A stretch of DNA of 63,047 nt, filler included, from Octopus bimaculoides (GCF_001194135.2; 6 parts of 5 records of this genome joined end to end with filler, not necessarily neighbours in it); one strand, 5' to 3'. Counted from the first letter of the whole stretch, positions 38,229 through 51,189 are shown. Notes: generated by a model from the sequence alone, not told the origin. Program-made: numbers and translations.

Positions 38229-39067
38229 TACATACAGACTCACAGGCACAGAAACACACAAACGTACACATATACGCACGAAATTACTTCTAGCACTGTT
38301 TTCGATATCTAAAGTATTTTGGTCAATAACAATACAAGTTTCAGAAAAAGTAAGGAAATGTGAAGGTTTGTGTACAAGGGAAGACAACCTGATGGCAGTT
38401 TTAAGTCATACCAGTTTTGATTTGAAATAACATTTGTGGTTGTTTGTTCAACTACTGCATTAACCAAAAACACGACAATAGGCCGTGTCCTTTTAAATGC
38501 TAACAATGTCTAGTCGACCTTTTCAAGAAATATGACAAAAGTTGATTGTCTTGGACAAAAGTTTGCTAACCTACTTGAAGAGTGCAGGATGAGACAAGTT
38601 GACTAACCTATTTTCGGGATTTTTAGCATGAGACATACAGGCAAAAAGCATTTATTATGAAGGCACACATGATTAAACACAAACGCGCGCGCGCGCATAC
38701 ATTAACACATATAACATTTTATTCTTGTTTATAAATCTAACATGATGACTGATATGTGTTTATAGAGAGGTGAAGAATGACGACAACGTTAGCAACGGCA
38801 GCGATGATGATGATGATATCTGCTTAGACTTCGTCGTCAGTAAAATTTTGTCTAACCAGCGTTTTCCAGCCGGAGTTACCCTGAAACCAAAGGTTCCGCA
38901 AGAGATCGCTAGAGGCACCACAAGAAATGGTGAAAAATAAGTTAATTGCATTTTGCTCTTGCTGTTGTTGTTGTTGCTCTGTGTGTGTGTGTGTTTGATT
39001 GCGTGCGTGCGCATGTATCTTGAATTCTATATTATTTTTTCATTCACAGACACTAACATCTGCAGGT

Positions 39068-39157
39068 AGTGAAATTTGAACTCAGAACGTAAAGACAGAT
39101 GAAATACCGCTAAGCATTTCGCCTGGCGTGCTAACGTTTCTGCCAGCTCGCCGCCTT
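39068..39157 (-). mobile_element. SINE family B, tRNA-like head only
   Basis: Minus strand GGCGGCGAGCTGGCAGAAACGTTAGCACGCCAGGCGAAATGC...GAGTTCAAATT. Confidence 0.85.
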
Positions 39158-39310
39158 AAAAATCACCTGTGATATTGCTAACACAATACTAATTATGAGG
39201 GGGTTTTTTCTGCTACTGTTTTAGTGTTTAACCTACTTGTTATGTAGAGTATGTACCATGTGAGTTGTATGATTTTCTTGGATAATGATTTTACAGCGCA
39301 TGAGTGGGAC

Positions 39311-39346
39311 GGGTTAGGGTTAGGGTTAGGGTTAGGGTTAGGGTTA
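39311..39346 (+). repeat. Interstitial telomeric repeat (GGGTTA)6
   Basis: Six perfect hexamers. Confidence 0.9.
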
Positions 39347-40751
39347 TTTGATTAAGCACCGAGTGGTGATAATGTAGAGTATGCGCTGCGTGGAGTGTGT
39401 TAATTGTACCAGTGTTGCTGTTGTGATGTTGATGTAATGCAGTGGTTGGGTATCTCAGGTTTCTGGATTAATGCGTAATGGACAGTTGCATATAAGCTAC
39501 CTCATTTGGTCTGAAATGTTTGGGGAGAGGAGTCTCTAGTCTATCATTATAGTTATTGTTATGTAGTCCTAGGACAGCACATAGATGTTGTACCACGACT
39601 CGTCCAGCCGATTTTTCTTGCATTTGCTGTTTACATTGAATCATCGGCAAATTTGTTAATGAGAAAAAGAATTCGTTCTCTGTTTGCCTTAATTTCTTTA
39701 ACTGTTTCAAATGTGTATGCACACGTGGATGTGTGTGTGTGTGTGCATGTGAGTGAGTCTATGTGCATGTGTGTATGTGTATATGTGTGTGTCTGTATCT
39801 GCGTGCGCATTTGTGCATGTGTGCATGTGTGCATGTTGTAACCAGTCTTATTTCGGGCATTCAGCCTCGTCTGGCCGAGTGGGTTCATTAGTGAGTCGAA
39901 GCAAAATATGAGAAACTGGTTTAAGTTATGCCATTCTTATGCAGTGTGCAACAACAGAGCCTTCTCCGATCCAAATTCTATCAGCTCTTTTATATCACCA
40001 TCATTCGATTATGATTAATTCCTCTCCAGCAGGCATTACCTATACCTACATTTATGATAGTCTTGTACCTCACCTGTTCTAGTCATTAACTGTACTAGAG
40101 ATAGTCCTTTGAAGTCCTTACATTAGCTTCATCCTCATAGCTCTAGTGATCGCTTTTAGCAACTCCAGACGTAAGTGGCACAAGGCCAGCAATTTTAAGG
40201 GAGAGATAGGTCGATTATACTGACCCCATTTCTCAACTAGTACTTTATTTTTTTAACCTCAGTGGTATTTGAACTCAGAACGTAAAGCTGGAATAAATGC
40301 ATTTTCTCCAGACAAAACTGCATTACAAAGACAAAATTCTTCTTCATGGAAAGAAGATATTTCAGTTCTTATCAGCTGCTGGACTTCTCCACCAAAAAGT
40401 TTTCAGACACCATACCGTGGCACATTTTATGATCCAGATATTTTCTACATGTGTATCGCGATTTTATCGTTTAAGTGAATGAGAAAACATCAGGATATTT
40501 AGAAAACATGAGTGTTTTTGTTTTTTAAATATGAACATGTGTATTCCTTTGTGACAGACTGCAATATAGGAGACCATCTCTCTCTTTTAAATCAGTTTCA
40601 GTCCTTGTTATGTGTTTGCGTTTGTTTGGAATTTTGTCTGATCCTCTAATGATTCCGTCAAATCCGTCGCCCCTTCAAAATGATGACAGTACTGATGTTT
40701 GGTTTAGAATTAGGGTTACGTTTTATATTTCACTTAGGGCTAGACTGTTGT

Positions 40752-41072
40752 GAAGGTGCGTGGTTCGTGGTTAGGGTATTCGACTTGCGATTGTAGGATC
40801 GTGAGTTCAATTCCGGGCGACGTGTTGTATCCTTGAGCAAGACACTTTATTTCTTGTTGCTCCAGTCCACTCAGCTGGCAAACATGAGTAGTATCTGTTT
40901 TCCAAAGGGCCGGCCTTGTCACACTCCGTGTCATGCTGAATCTCCCTGAGAACTACGTTAAGGGTACACGTGTTTTTGGAGTCCTCAGCCACTTGCACGT
41001 TAATTTCATGAGCAGGCTGTTCCGTTGATCGGATCAATTGGAACCCTCATCGTCGTAACCGACGGAGTACCA
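40752..41072 (+). mobile_element. SINE with tRNA head, V-domain-like segment and family C tail
   Basis: B-box GAGTTCAATTCC, TCCTTGAGCAAGACACTT, tail AACTACGTTAAGGGTACACGTG...GCAGGCTGTTCCGTTGATCGGATC shared with 9792-10178. Confidence 0.85.
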
Positions 41073-42075
41073 GAGTTACGAGGGTTCTATTTAATGCTTT
41101 AATTAGGGCTTGCTTATAAGTTCAACGTTTCAGTAGGGTGTAGGCTGTTCAAGCTAACCGTAATTAAAACGTTTAATTCAAAATTGAAAGTTTCAGTTTA
41201 AAATTTCTGTCAGGGCTAGGCTTCAACAAAGATAGTTAAAGGAAACCGGAAGTAAGAAAAGTAAGAATCAATCTGTCTTTCATGAAATGTTTAAATAATT
41301 GGGAAAATATGTAGTTCAACGGATGAATTTTTGTTGTTTTTTTTATTTTATTTTTGTTGATAACATTTTTTTTCATTCGTATTACTGGAAGACAATGTCA
41401 GTGAGATCGTGGGAAAAAAAATAACCTTTGTCTCGGTACAGGAAGAAGCAAACGCAAGACCCTTGCCCGTTGCATTCAATTTCTTTTCTTTACTTATGCA
41501 ACAAATTTATGGAAATGTTTTGAGGTTTGTATTGTAGTTCAAGTGGAATATAAATTTACATCTATGAGTATGTATAAATGGACATGCATGTCTCTGTATG
41601 ATGTGTCCATGTAAGAGTACACTCTCTCATTTTCTCTCAGTATATGCTTGTGCGTGTGTGTGTGTACATACATACACACACATATACATACATTCACATA
41701 TCGCTGTACACATACATAAATCTTTTGTTTTCTTTGCAGTACAAAAATATTAAATTGCTTGATATATTCTCCTCATAAAAATGTGTAGAGTATGACAAAT
41801 GTTTGTCATATGTAAAGTTAAACACGATAATATATCTGATTTATCGTACATATCACACACACATACACACAACACACACACACACATACACATATATATG
41901 TACATACATACGTACAGACAAACAGAACTATATACCGATATATGAATATACATACATACATACAGACAGACATACATACATACATACATACATACATTCG
42001 TACATACATATACACTTTAATATGTATAGTTATTTTATTTATGAAATATTTCGTTTTACCCATATTATAATAGCA

Positions 42076-42503
42076 GGCGCAGGAGTGGCTGCGTGGTAAG
42101 TAGTTTGCTTACCAACCACATGGTTCCGGGTTCAGTTCCACAACGTGGCACCTTGGGCAAGTGTCTTCTACTATAGCCTCGGGCCGACCAAAGCCTTGTG
42201 AGTGGATTTGGTAGACGGAAACTGAAAGAAGCCCGTCGTATGTATGTGTATATGTATATATGTGTGTGTATGTGCGCGCGCGCGTATATGTTTGTGTGTC
42301 TGTGTTTGTCCCCCCAACATCGCTTGACAACCGATGTTGGTGTGTTTACGTCCCCGTAACTTAGCGGTTCGGCAAAAGAGAACCGATAGAATAAGTACTA
42401 GGCTTACAAAGAATAAGTCATGGGGTCGATTTGCTCAACTAAAGGCGATGCTCCAGCATGGTCACAGTCAAATGACTGAAACAAGTAAAAGAGTAAAAGA
42501 GTA
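42076..42503 (+). mobile_element. SINE family A, full length
   Basis: CpG-intact copy, head to tail. Confidence 0.9.
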
Positions 42504-43512
42504 ATGTTTTATTATAATATTAAACGTACATATTTTTGCAATATCCAATTTAATAAATACTGTCATTACATTCTAGTAACAATATATTTACTTTTGCTTA
42601 ACTTAACAAACATCATCAATCAATCATTTTAACCTAATTTTCTTTCTTCACAAATTATGATATGGTAAGCTAAACAAAGTAAATAAAACTCTCCTATGTT
42701 GAAAGCATATGATTCTTAATCTTAGTTTTTCTACTGTCGTTTTTATTCCAATTAATACTCGATAGGCGTAACAAATTTTATCATATCTGTTTACTACGTA
42801 ATTCTATTCCGTCTTATATAACTTCATAACTTAACTTTGCAACTTCTCATTCCTCCAACTATATTTTATTTTCTACACAAACTATTATGCCTTTTTACCA
42901 TCAAACATTCCGAAATTGATCATTAGTTCGAGAAAAATCTTAAGCTTTCAAATTCTATTTCAACGTTCGTAAATTTAGAAGCACTTGATGGTGTAATTGT
43001 TGTTATTAATGACAAAACTATGACCTAAAACCATTTCGTTAAATTCAAGCCCATAACCAGTCGATTTGCTGTTTACTCTTTACTAAAATATTATGTCCTA
43101 TTTTCATATTTTACAGGCACATTCATACAAACAAATAAATATGTACATATGTATGTTTGTTTGCGCATGGAACACTATGCGAATGTGCATATATATGTGT
43201 GTATATATACCTACCAGCCATCTTATTTGTTGTATATATATATATATATGATACACACACGCTCGCACACGCTTACACCCACACACAGACACACACACAC
43301 ACACACACATACACACACACACACATAATGGCTGTCTACTCGTTAGACGAGCATGACCATCGTTGACAGGTAGTGTCAGCAATGCCCGTGCAAAAGTTTT
43401 GAGTGCAGCTTGCACAAAAGCAGAACGAATCTCTCTCTCTCTCTCTCTCACCCACACACACACACATGGGTACATTACGTCACTACACACCTACATATAT
43501 ATGTATTTACAT

Positions 43513-44057
43513 ACATTATATACATGCAGAAGTCAGTTTTGAAGCATGAAATATCTAATGATTTTCTCATTTAGATCTACTTGGAGAGGTACACATACAC
43601 ACGCGCGCGTTTCAACTCCTAAAAGTAAATTTAGAATATATACATGCACACACGCATATATGCGTTCAACAAGCACACATACACACGTATTCTTTTATTC
43701 TTTTATTTGTTTGTCATTTGACTGCGGCCATACTGGACCACCGTCATTAGTCGAATAAATCGACCCCAAGACTTATTCTTTGTAAGCCTAGTACTTATTC
43801 TATCGGTTCTCTTTTGCCGAACCGCTATGTTACGAGGACGCTTGATAACCGATGTTAGTGTGTTTACGTCCCCGTAACTTAGTGGTTCGGCAAAACAGAA
43901 CCGATAGAATAAGTACTAGGCTTACAAAGAATAAGTCCTGGGGTCGATTTACTCGACTTAAGGCGGTGGTCCAGTATGGCCGCAGTGAAATGACTTGAAA
44001 CAAGTAAAAGAATAAAAGAATACGTGTGTGTGTATGTGTGCGTGTGTGTGTGTGTAT

Positions 44058-44089
<32 letters not shown>

Positions 44090-44181
44090 TGGATGCGTAT
44101 ATGCGTTCAACAAGTAGATCTAAATGAGAAAATCATTAGATATTTAATTTTTCAAAACTGACTTTTGCATGTATATAATGT
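43513..44181. repeat. ~670-bp imperfect palindrome (inverted duplication of a SINE A 3' half plus flanks)
   Basis: Outer arms 43513-43583/44111-44181; inner arms about 43676-43840/43867-44040; 26-nt spacer. Confidence 0.8.
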
Positions 44182-44281
44182 NNNNNNNNNNNNNNNNNNN
44201 NNNNNNNNNNNNNNNNNNNNNNNNNTTAATTAATTAANNNNNNNNNNNNNNNNNNNNNNNNNNNNNNNNNNNNNNNNNNNN
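44182..44281. other. Artificial scaffold linker
   Basis: 44 N + TTAATTAATTAA + 44 N. Confidence 0.95.
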
Positions 44282-44546
44282 GATCGTTGCCAGTGCCCCT
44301 GGACTGGCTTGTGCGGGTGGCACATAAAAGACACCATTTCGAGCGTGGCCGTTTTCGTGCAGGTGACACGTAAAAGCACCCACTACACTCTCTGAGTGGT
44401 TGGTGTTAGGAAGGGCATCCAGCTGTAGAAACTCTGCTAAATCAGACTGGAGCCTGGTGTTGCCATCCGGTTTCACCAGTCCTCAGTCAAATCGTCCAAC
44501 CCATGCTAGCATGGAAAGCGGACGTTAAACGATGATGATGATGATA
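44282..44546 (+). mobile_element. RTE 3' tail (family D), young copy
   Basis: Near-identical to 27520-27812. Confidence 0.9.
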
Positions 44547-45287
44547 CATATATAGTCAAAATATTAGAATATGTAACTGAGAAAAGTATGTGTATGTATA
44601 AACAAGCAGTATCCAATATTTTAGGTGAAACTCTCTAGAAATAATAGGTTCTAGAGAAGACCAAAATATATATATACATACAATTCCAAATTTAAGATGT
44701 CTGTTTACATTACCAATCTAGTGTAAAATGTATAGAAGGATCAGGAGTGAGGGCAGTTGGGAAAGGAAAGTGAGAAAGATAAAAAGTGAATGGTAGAAAA
44801 ATGGATGGAAGAGAGAACTAGCAAGGAACAGAAAACAAAAGGGGGAAGTGTGAAGTTCATGATACAAGTCTGTGTGTGTACGCCTGCACGCATGCATGCA
44901 CATGTGTATAAGTGAAATTTGGTTAAATATGTAATGTTTTAATGTATGCTAGAGTTAATATGAGTTATTTTCAGCCTATGTGCATGAATAGATTTCTACG
45001 ATAGATATGTGGTCTAAGAAATATGATCCCGCCAAACATCTCCAAGCCAATGGTTCAGCCAAGGCAGTAGATGAAGCATTGTGTTTGTAACAGTGAAAAG
45101 CAGGGAATTCATGATGTAAAATAACAGCACAGAGTAAGAAATGGAAAAATAATTAATGCAGGTAAGTCAAAGTGACTCCCAACTCATGTGATACGGTTAA
45201 GGCATATATGTAAATGTTCAGTGGTACAATCTGCTAACCTATGGTTTTCCAGTATTTAAAAAATACTATAGAACTGATATTTAAGGC

Positions 45288-45470
45288 ATCATCATCATAA
45301 TCACCATTTAGCATCTGTTTTCTATGCTGGCATGGGTTGGACAGTCTAACCAGAGCTGATAAGGCCATAGTCTGTTCTGGTATGGTTTCTACAGCTGGAT
45401 GCCTTTCGTAATGCCAACCACTCCACAGAGTGTACTAGGTGCCTTTTATGTGTCACTAGCACCAGTATCA
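45288..45470 (-). mobile_element. RTE-type 3' tail, decayed
   Basis: CATCATCAT...CTATGCTGGCATGGGTTGGAC...CTGGATGCCTTTCGTAATGCCAACC. Confidence 0.7.
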
Positions 45471-45745
45471 ACTTTGCTGTTGTGGTAAATAATATTTCTA
45501 GTGGTGCAGACGTAATGATCAGTGATAGGGAAGCAACATTGGTTGGATCCAAGGAGTGTTGTGGATGTAGGAGCATGTGTTCCATTGGGCTTGGTAAAGA
45601 TCCAGGTTGGGTTTTAGAGGAGCTGATGGTCAAGTAAATTAAGGGCCCTACTTGTTTAAAGGAGGTGACACTCATGGACTATTAAGAAGAAAGCAACATC
45701 TAAGTAAAGTTGGCAGAAAGTGTGCAAGATGAAGCTAAAGACATT

Positions 45746-45965
45746 AACCATTTAACATCTAGATTATTCTGTTAAATGTGGTGCTTATTTATTTACATTG
45801 CTTGGAAGTTATCCTGCATCATCTTGTATCCTTAAGACCTCAATGATGTGTCTTAATTTTTTGAATGACATTGCAGGGTAGGTGTGAGAGGCAGGATCTG
45901 GTCAGTTTGAACTTTAACCAGGAAGAATATTTTGGCTGGATATGGCCGGTTTAAGTATTAGGGAG
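45746..45965 (+). mobile_element. Degenerate MITE, possibly piggyBac-like
   Basis: Begins TTAACCATTTAAC; body aligns with 17500-17730 in the opposite orientation. Confidence 0.45.
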
Positions 45966-46429
45966 GAGTGGCTACAGATGTGTGATCAGGATTTCATTCA
46001 CTGGAGTTTCTTACTTATTACTACACTTTTTTTGGTAACATGATTCATTTGTTTGAAATACATGTCTTATATGTTTGATTTTCACCTGTTTGCTTCTTAA
46101 TCTTAGTTGTTTAGTTGCATGATTTCTTATTATTTATATCTGTATGTAGGATAAATTGACACTCTTCATATGGACTGTCCATAACTACCATTATATGACT
46201 ATACATACATACATATAGACACACACACACATTGGTCAGTAGTCCATACATGTAAAAAAAAAAAAGCACACTCTAAAGTGTTAGAGCAGAAGTATATTTA
46301 GGAGGTTGTTTGCTATGACTGCTCAGAGAGTGACTCACCAGATTCAAATAACCTCTTTACAACTGGAGGGAAGAAAATATCATGGTCAGCTAATTTTGTA
46401 AACAAAAAGATTCGTGAAACAAAACTCTT

Positions 46430-48120
46430 ACAGGTACAAACTTGGATGAGGCAGAGTTATCCCCCTTACATCAGTTCTGGCCATGTCCATATTGGCTTTC
46501 CATGTTTGCAACAGGAATTTCCTCTGATGGGGGAACTGATGAAACATTTCACTTTTGGAGTTTAAAAAAGTTTCTGGACCATATAAGTTTTTCAGGATCC
46601 TTGCTCTTTTGACCAAGCAAAGCTCACATCATTTGCTCCCATTAAGATACAGCCTCAGTTGTTCTAGGAACCTCCATATAATTATATATGGGATACCCTT
46701 CTCTTTTAAATGCCAAATATAATTGGCCAGGGATGTGATGTGGCGCCTTTCTGATATCCTAAAGGAGGACTTGTGATTACTCAGACACTGTTTTAACGGG
46801 TCACCTATGGAACCTATATATTTCTATGTCTGTGCTTTTGTGCTGGTGATGTTACAACCACTGTTGTTGCTGTCACAGCTGGTGTCGCACTTGTTACTGC
46901 TGTAGTTGCCACTACTGGGTACATTGTTAGGTGGTTGCTAGTCTTGATCACCACAGCCTCATACACTACACCCTCAGAGTTGCATTGACTCCACCACTGG
47001 GCATTCATTGTAAACCCTACATGATCATTCTGCATTTGCTTGTGGTTTAGTATTTTTTTTAATGCTGGACACACAACTGAATGAGACCCTTAAGCTGTGT
47101 CTATTAAATAAATGCTATCCACTAATCTAAGGAATACCTTTCCTATGCAAGTTTTGGTACTGAGTGAGAAGGGTGGGGAAAACCAAATGACTATGGTGGT
47201 ACTTAATTTTGCAAGTGCTTGGGCCCAGCATATTGGAGACATGGTCCTTAAACCCACTGGATACCAAGGCCTCTTGTAATAGGGGGCTGTGGCATCAAAA
47301 ATTTCTTGACTGGAGAACAGGTTCAGAATCCTCTTGCTGACACCCTTCACTAGGTTCCTGAACTCAATAGGTGAGTGAAGGAGGCTGTTTAATGTATGAC
47401 AGCCTTTTGTTTGGTTTGTGGTCAGGCCTGTAAGAACAGGTACACAAGTCTAACATAACGTCTAAAAAGTTGACAATGGTAATGTTGGTCTGAATTGCAA
47501 TCTTGAGCCTAAGGGTGCAAATGAGGTTCTTCCCAAGCCTATTTAGGGTATGTCCATTAGCACCTCTAGAGATGGCTCAAGCGTCATCTCTGTATAGACC
47601 AAAGAGGACTAACAGGAACCTCTTCATTAAGGCATCAATCCTATAAGTTCGCAAACATCTCTGTTGTCAAGTCGCTCATTGCTACATCAAATGAGCCTAC
47701 TGGGTCAGTTTGGTTGACCCAGGTTGAAGCTTTATTGAACAGCAGTGCTTCCCTAGCATGCATAATTATGTCTGTGTCCCTATCACTTATGTCAATGAAA
47801 TTCCTAGCGAACATAAGCACCTTAACTAGTAACCCTTTCAATGTAGTTGGATAAAAATCCACTATATTAAATTGGGTTGACCTTGCCCTACCTCTACTCT
47901 AGTTAGCTTTAAACCATGAAATCACTTCATTGGTACCACACCATAAGGAGAGACTGGATGCCCTCCTGATCTCATCATTGATCTTTCTTAGTATATGTTT
48001 GCTCACCAGCTCAATTTCCGATTTAGCCAGGATAATAAGGTGGCATTTGGAGTTAGAGGCAAAGTTTGGTTTCTGGTCCTTGATAGTGATAAAGGCATTC
48101 CACTTAGCTAATGCCTCCAT
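46430..48120 (-). mobile_element. Penelope-like element relic (RT + GIY-YIG)
   Basis: AFITIKDQKPNF..NSKCHLI..AKSEI, DFYPT, HAREALLFNKASTWV..FDVAM, WFSPPFSLSTKTCIGKVFL, EGVVYEAVV, NHKSSFR...LANYIWHLK and FLNSKSEM; stops and frameshifts throughout. Confidence 0.9.
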
Positions 48121-48389
48121 ATATATATACCTATATAGTCTATACCTAGTCAGTTGGTTAATTATTTGGTTTCACTGTTAATGCTATTGTATGTATACAG
48201 GTAAGTGCATCAATATTTCTATGTGGTGTTATCTTCTAAAGGTCTATTATATGTGCATGTTTCTACCTTACATAGGTTTCCTGTTTAGTTGGAGAAGAAT
48301 AAATCCCTAACCGAGTGTTTTAGTAGTCGCAAAACAGAAGAGTCTGCACTAAAAGGAGCTAGAGGACTTATTGATGGTGTAGCTTAGTC

Positions 48390-48650
48390 CAAATATGAAA
48401 TGTTTAGTCAATTCCCTTTTCAGAGGCAATTCCTGTTGCAAACATCCTATTCTCCATTTGCCAACTAGGAAAATGCTACCTACTTTGAAAGTTTATGTGG
48501 ACATGGCTGGAATCCATAAAATGTTTGTTTACAAAATGAACTAACCATGATGTTTTCCTTGCTCCAGTTGTAGATAGGTTATGTACCACTGGCCATTTGA
48601 GTCACCTATACAACTAAGCAATTTATAGGTGCAAAACCAATGATCAGTCT
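48390..48650 (+). mobile_element. Inverted copy of the Penelope 3' end (pLTR-like) with hammerhead remnant
   Basis: CAGAGGCAATTCCTGTTGCAAACAT is the reverse complement (1 mismatch) of about 46502-46526. Stem CACCTATA/TATAGGTG at 48603-48631 sits between GAGT and CAAAAC. Confidence 0.6.
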
Positions 48651-48779
48651 CTGACTGTTATAACTATAACTAACAACCTATATGCATATGAATACACACA
48701 CATAAATATATATAAATCCATATATGTATATGCACACACACACATATATATATGTATATTTACTTCCATATATATACAT

Positions 48780-48945
48780 GCATGCCATGGTTGTATGGTA
48801 AGCAGTTTGCTTTCCAACCACAAGGTCCTAGGTTCAGTTCCATTGTGTAGAACACTGGGTAAATGTCTTCTACTATAAGCCTCAGGCCAACCAAAGCCCT
48901 ATAAATGGATTTGGTAGAGGGGAAAGTGAAAGAAGCCTGTCATAT
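48780..48945 (+). mobile_element. SINE family A, decayed 5' half
   Basis: GGTAAGCAGTTTGC...GGTTCAGTTCCATTGTG...GTCTTCTACTATAAGCCTC...GAAAGAAGCC. Confidence 0.7.
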
Positions 48946-48960
48946 ATGTATATATATATA

Positions 48961-49240
48961 TCTATATATATAAAAATGAGAATGTGTGTCTGTCTGTCTG
49001 TCTGTCTGTGTGTTTCCCTAAAACTCGAGAACTACACAACCAATTTCATTCAAATTTTACACATGTCTTACTTAGGGTTCCGGTTGTGTTTTAGTCAAAA
49101 AAAATTTTTAACTTCTTGCATAGTTAGAGCCCACAGCAACATCATATCTCCTCCACTATTTAAATATTACGTGTTAAAAGTGAAACAAAAACACTCATGT
49201 CAAATACTTTCACTTTAAAAATGAAACTATTCCACTATCT
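48961..49240 (+). mobile_element. Non-autonomous Helitron-like element, 5' part
   Basis: Canonical-looking TCTATATATATAAAA start, (GTCT)n, AAACTCGAGAACTAC..CAATTTCATTCAAATTTT; related to 3089-3430; cut by the linker. Confidence 0.65.
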
Positions 49241-49340
49241 NNNNNNNNNNNNNNNNNNNNNNNNNNNNNNNNNNNNNNNNNNNNTTAATTAATTAANNNN
49301 NNNNNNNNNNNNNNNNNNNNNNNNNNNNNNNNNNNNNNNN
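49241..49340. other. Artificial scaffold linker
   Basis: 44 N + TTAATTAATTAA + 44 N. Confidence 0.95.
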
Positions 49341-49519
49341 GAGTGAGAGAGAGAGAGTGAGAGAGAGAGAGTGAGAGAGAGAGAGTGAGAGAGAGAGAGT
49401 GAGAGAGAGAGAGGTCATGTATACGTACATGCATAAATATGCATAGATCTTTGTGTGTGAGTGTGTGCGTATGTGTGTATATGAAAGAGAGAGAGAGAAA
49501 GTAAATACTACATGCACGC

Positions 49520-49636
49520 TACGTCAATACCGGAAGTTGACATTTCATCACAAGTATGTAAGCATTTGGTATAAAAACGTCACAATAGAGAGTGAAGCTT
49601 TGTGCCGTTGTTACGTCAATACCGGAAGTTGACATT
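49520..49636. promoter_or_regulatory. Two 25-bp direct repeats carrying ETS (CCGGAAGT) and ACGTCA motifs
   Basis: TACGTCAATACCGGAAGTTGACATT at 49520-49544 and 49612-49636. Confidence 0.4.
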
Positions 49637-51189
49637 GAGGAACCTTTTTAAAGAAGTGAATCTTAAATATAAAGCAATATTATTTATTTTTAATAAAAAA
49701 ATCAAATGAAGAGCCTAACATTTATCCGAGGTCAAATTATTCATGCCTCACAAGTATGGAAGCATTTGGTGAAGTCGATTTCACGTGAAAAGCGAATACA
49801 CAGACATCTCTGTTTTATATATATATATATACCGAACGAGAGAAAACGAGAGAAAGGGAGTGTGAGAGAGAGTGAAAGAAGGAAAGTGAGAGAGGGGGGG
49901 GGAGATGGAAGAAGATGTGTGGATGTAAGTAAGTATACATGTAATTATGTATCTACGTATGTATGCAATCAAGGAACCGGAACGATAAAGTTAGTAATCA
50001 TTCACCATTCGCTCTATTGAAATACTAGTTCCATAAAATTGCGTTAATCTATTTCTAGGATTTCATTCAGCTGTTGTAAATTATGTAACTCTTATTTTTG
50101 TATGGAGTTTTGCGTGAATATCAAATAGATATTGCAAACGAGAGATGTTAACATCTCACTTACCAAATTGGTTTTACATTAATAAAAAAATTAAGACTTC
50201 GAAAATTACATTAGTTAACAACATTTACGCATATTTATGCCAATAAATTTTAGACTTATGTTCATATTATAGTAAGTGATATAGAATTAAAAGTTTTAAG
50301 TAATAATATAATTTTTTATTAATATAATGCAAATGTTTTTATATTAAATCTGGCTAATACCGATTGGGCTAATTTATTCGCCGGCGGCAGTAAAAACTAA
50401 ACAGATTCTAAAGATATACTCTGTACCTAAAAATTGATATAAGTGGAAGATATGTTGTTTAGTTTATATACAATCAAAGATAAAGAAATAGATAGAATGT
50501 GGAAGCCGAAATTGATTTGCTTCAGAAATTAAAAAGGAAAAGATATTATGTAGCAAAGCGTTATGTCTTGAAGAAAAGCTTTGAGTAAACAGGTATATCA
50601 GCTTCAAAAGTCGTGTGTTCATGAAGTGGAGGCACGTACACAAAGGCACACATTGACATATATATATATATAGGATGGTGGGGTGAGCTTGTGTGTGTAT
50701 ACATGTATGTATGTATGTGAAGAATGGAGTATCCAATGTTTCGAACAAAGTTTTTCAAGGAAAAGTTAACAGAAGGCAAATAAAATCTCCTCTATATATT
50801 TGAATACGGGAGCTTCATACGTAGAAAGGAAGTAGCAGGAATGAGAGATAGAGAGAGAGAGAGAGAGAAAGAAAGAGAGAGAGAGAAAGAAAGAGAGAGA
50901 GAGAAAGCAGGTGAGAGTGTGGAAGAATGAAAGAGATGATAGGCGTGTGGGAGAAGAGTGTTTACTTTAAACCTGCCATTACCATGGTACCGTGTTCGAA
51001 TACCAAGCCTTCCTTCCGTTTCCTTGAGTTTACAGATCCATACGGTGCGGAGATGCTTCACGCTGATAAATGGATACTGGAATGGTCCGTTGCGTTCGAA
51101 TGGGTTGTGAGAGATTGGTCTGGCATGTGTAGTAATGTGCTTTGATTGTGCTCCCGAAAACAATCAGCAAGATAATGGTCGTATCAGCC

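Noticed and set aside
38765-38935. Plus-strand open frame EVKNDDNVSNGSDDDDDICLDF... after TTATAG
   Set aside because: Partly a GAT microsatellite, weak splice signals and no recognisable homology.
50927-51145. 72-aa Trp-rich ORF
   Set aside because: No family recognised and no clear splice sites; adjacent to retroelement debris.
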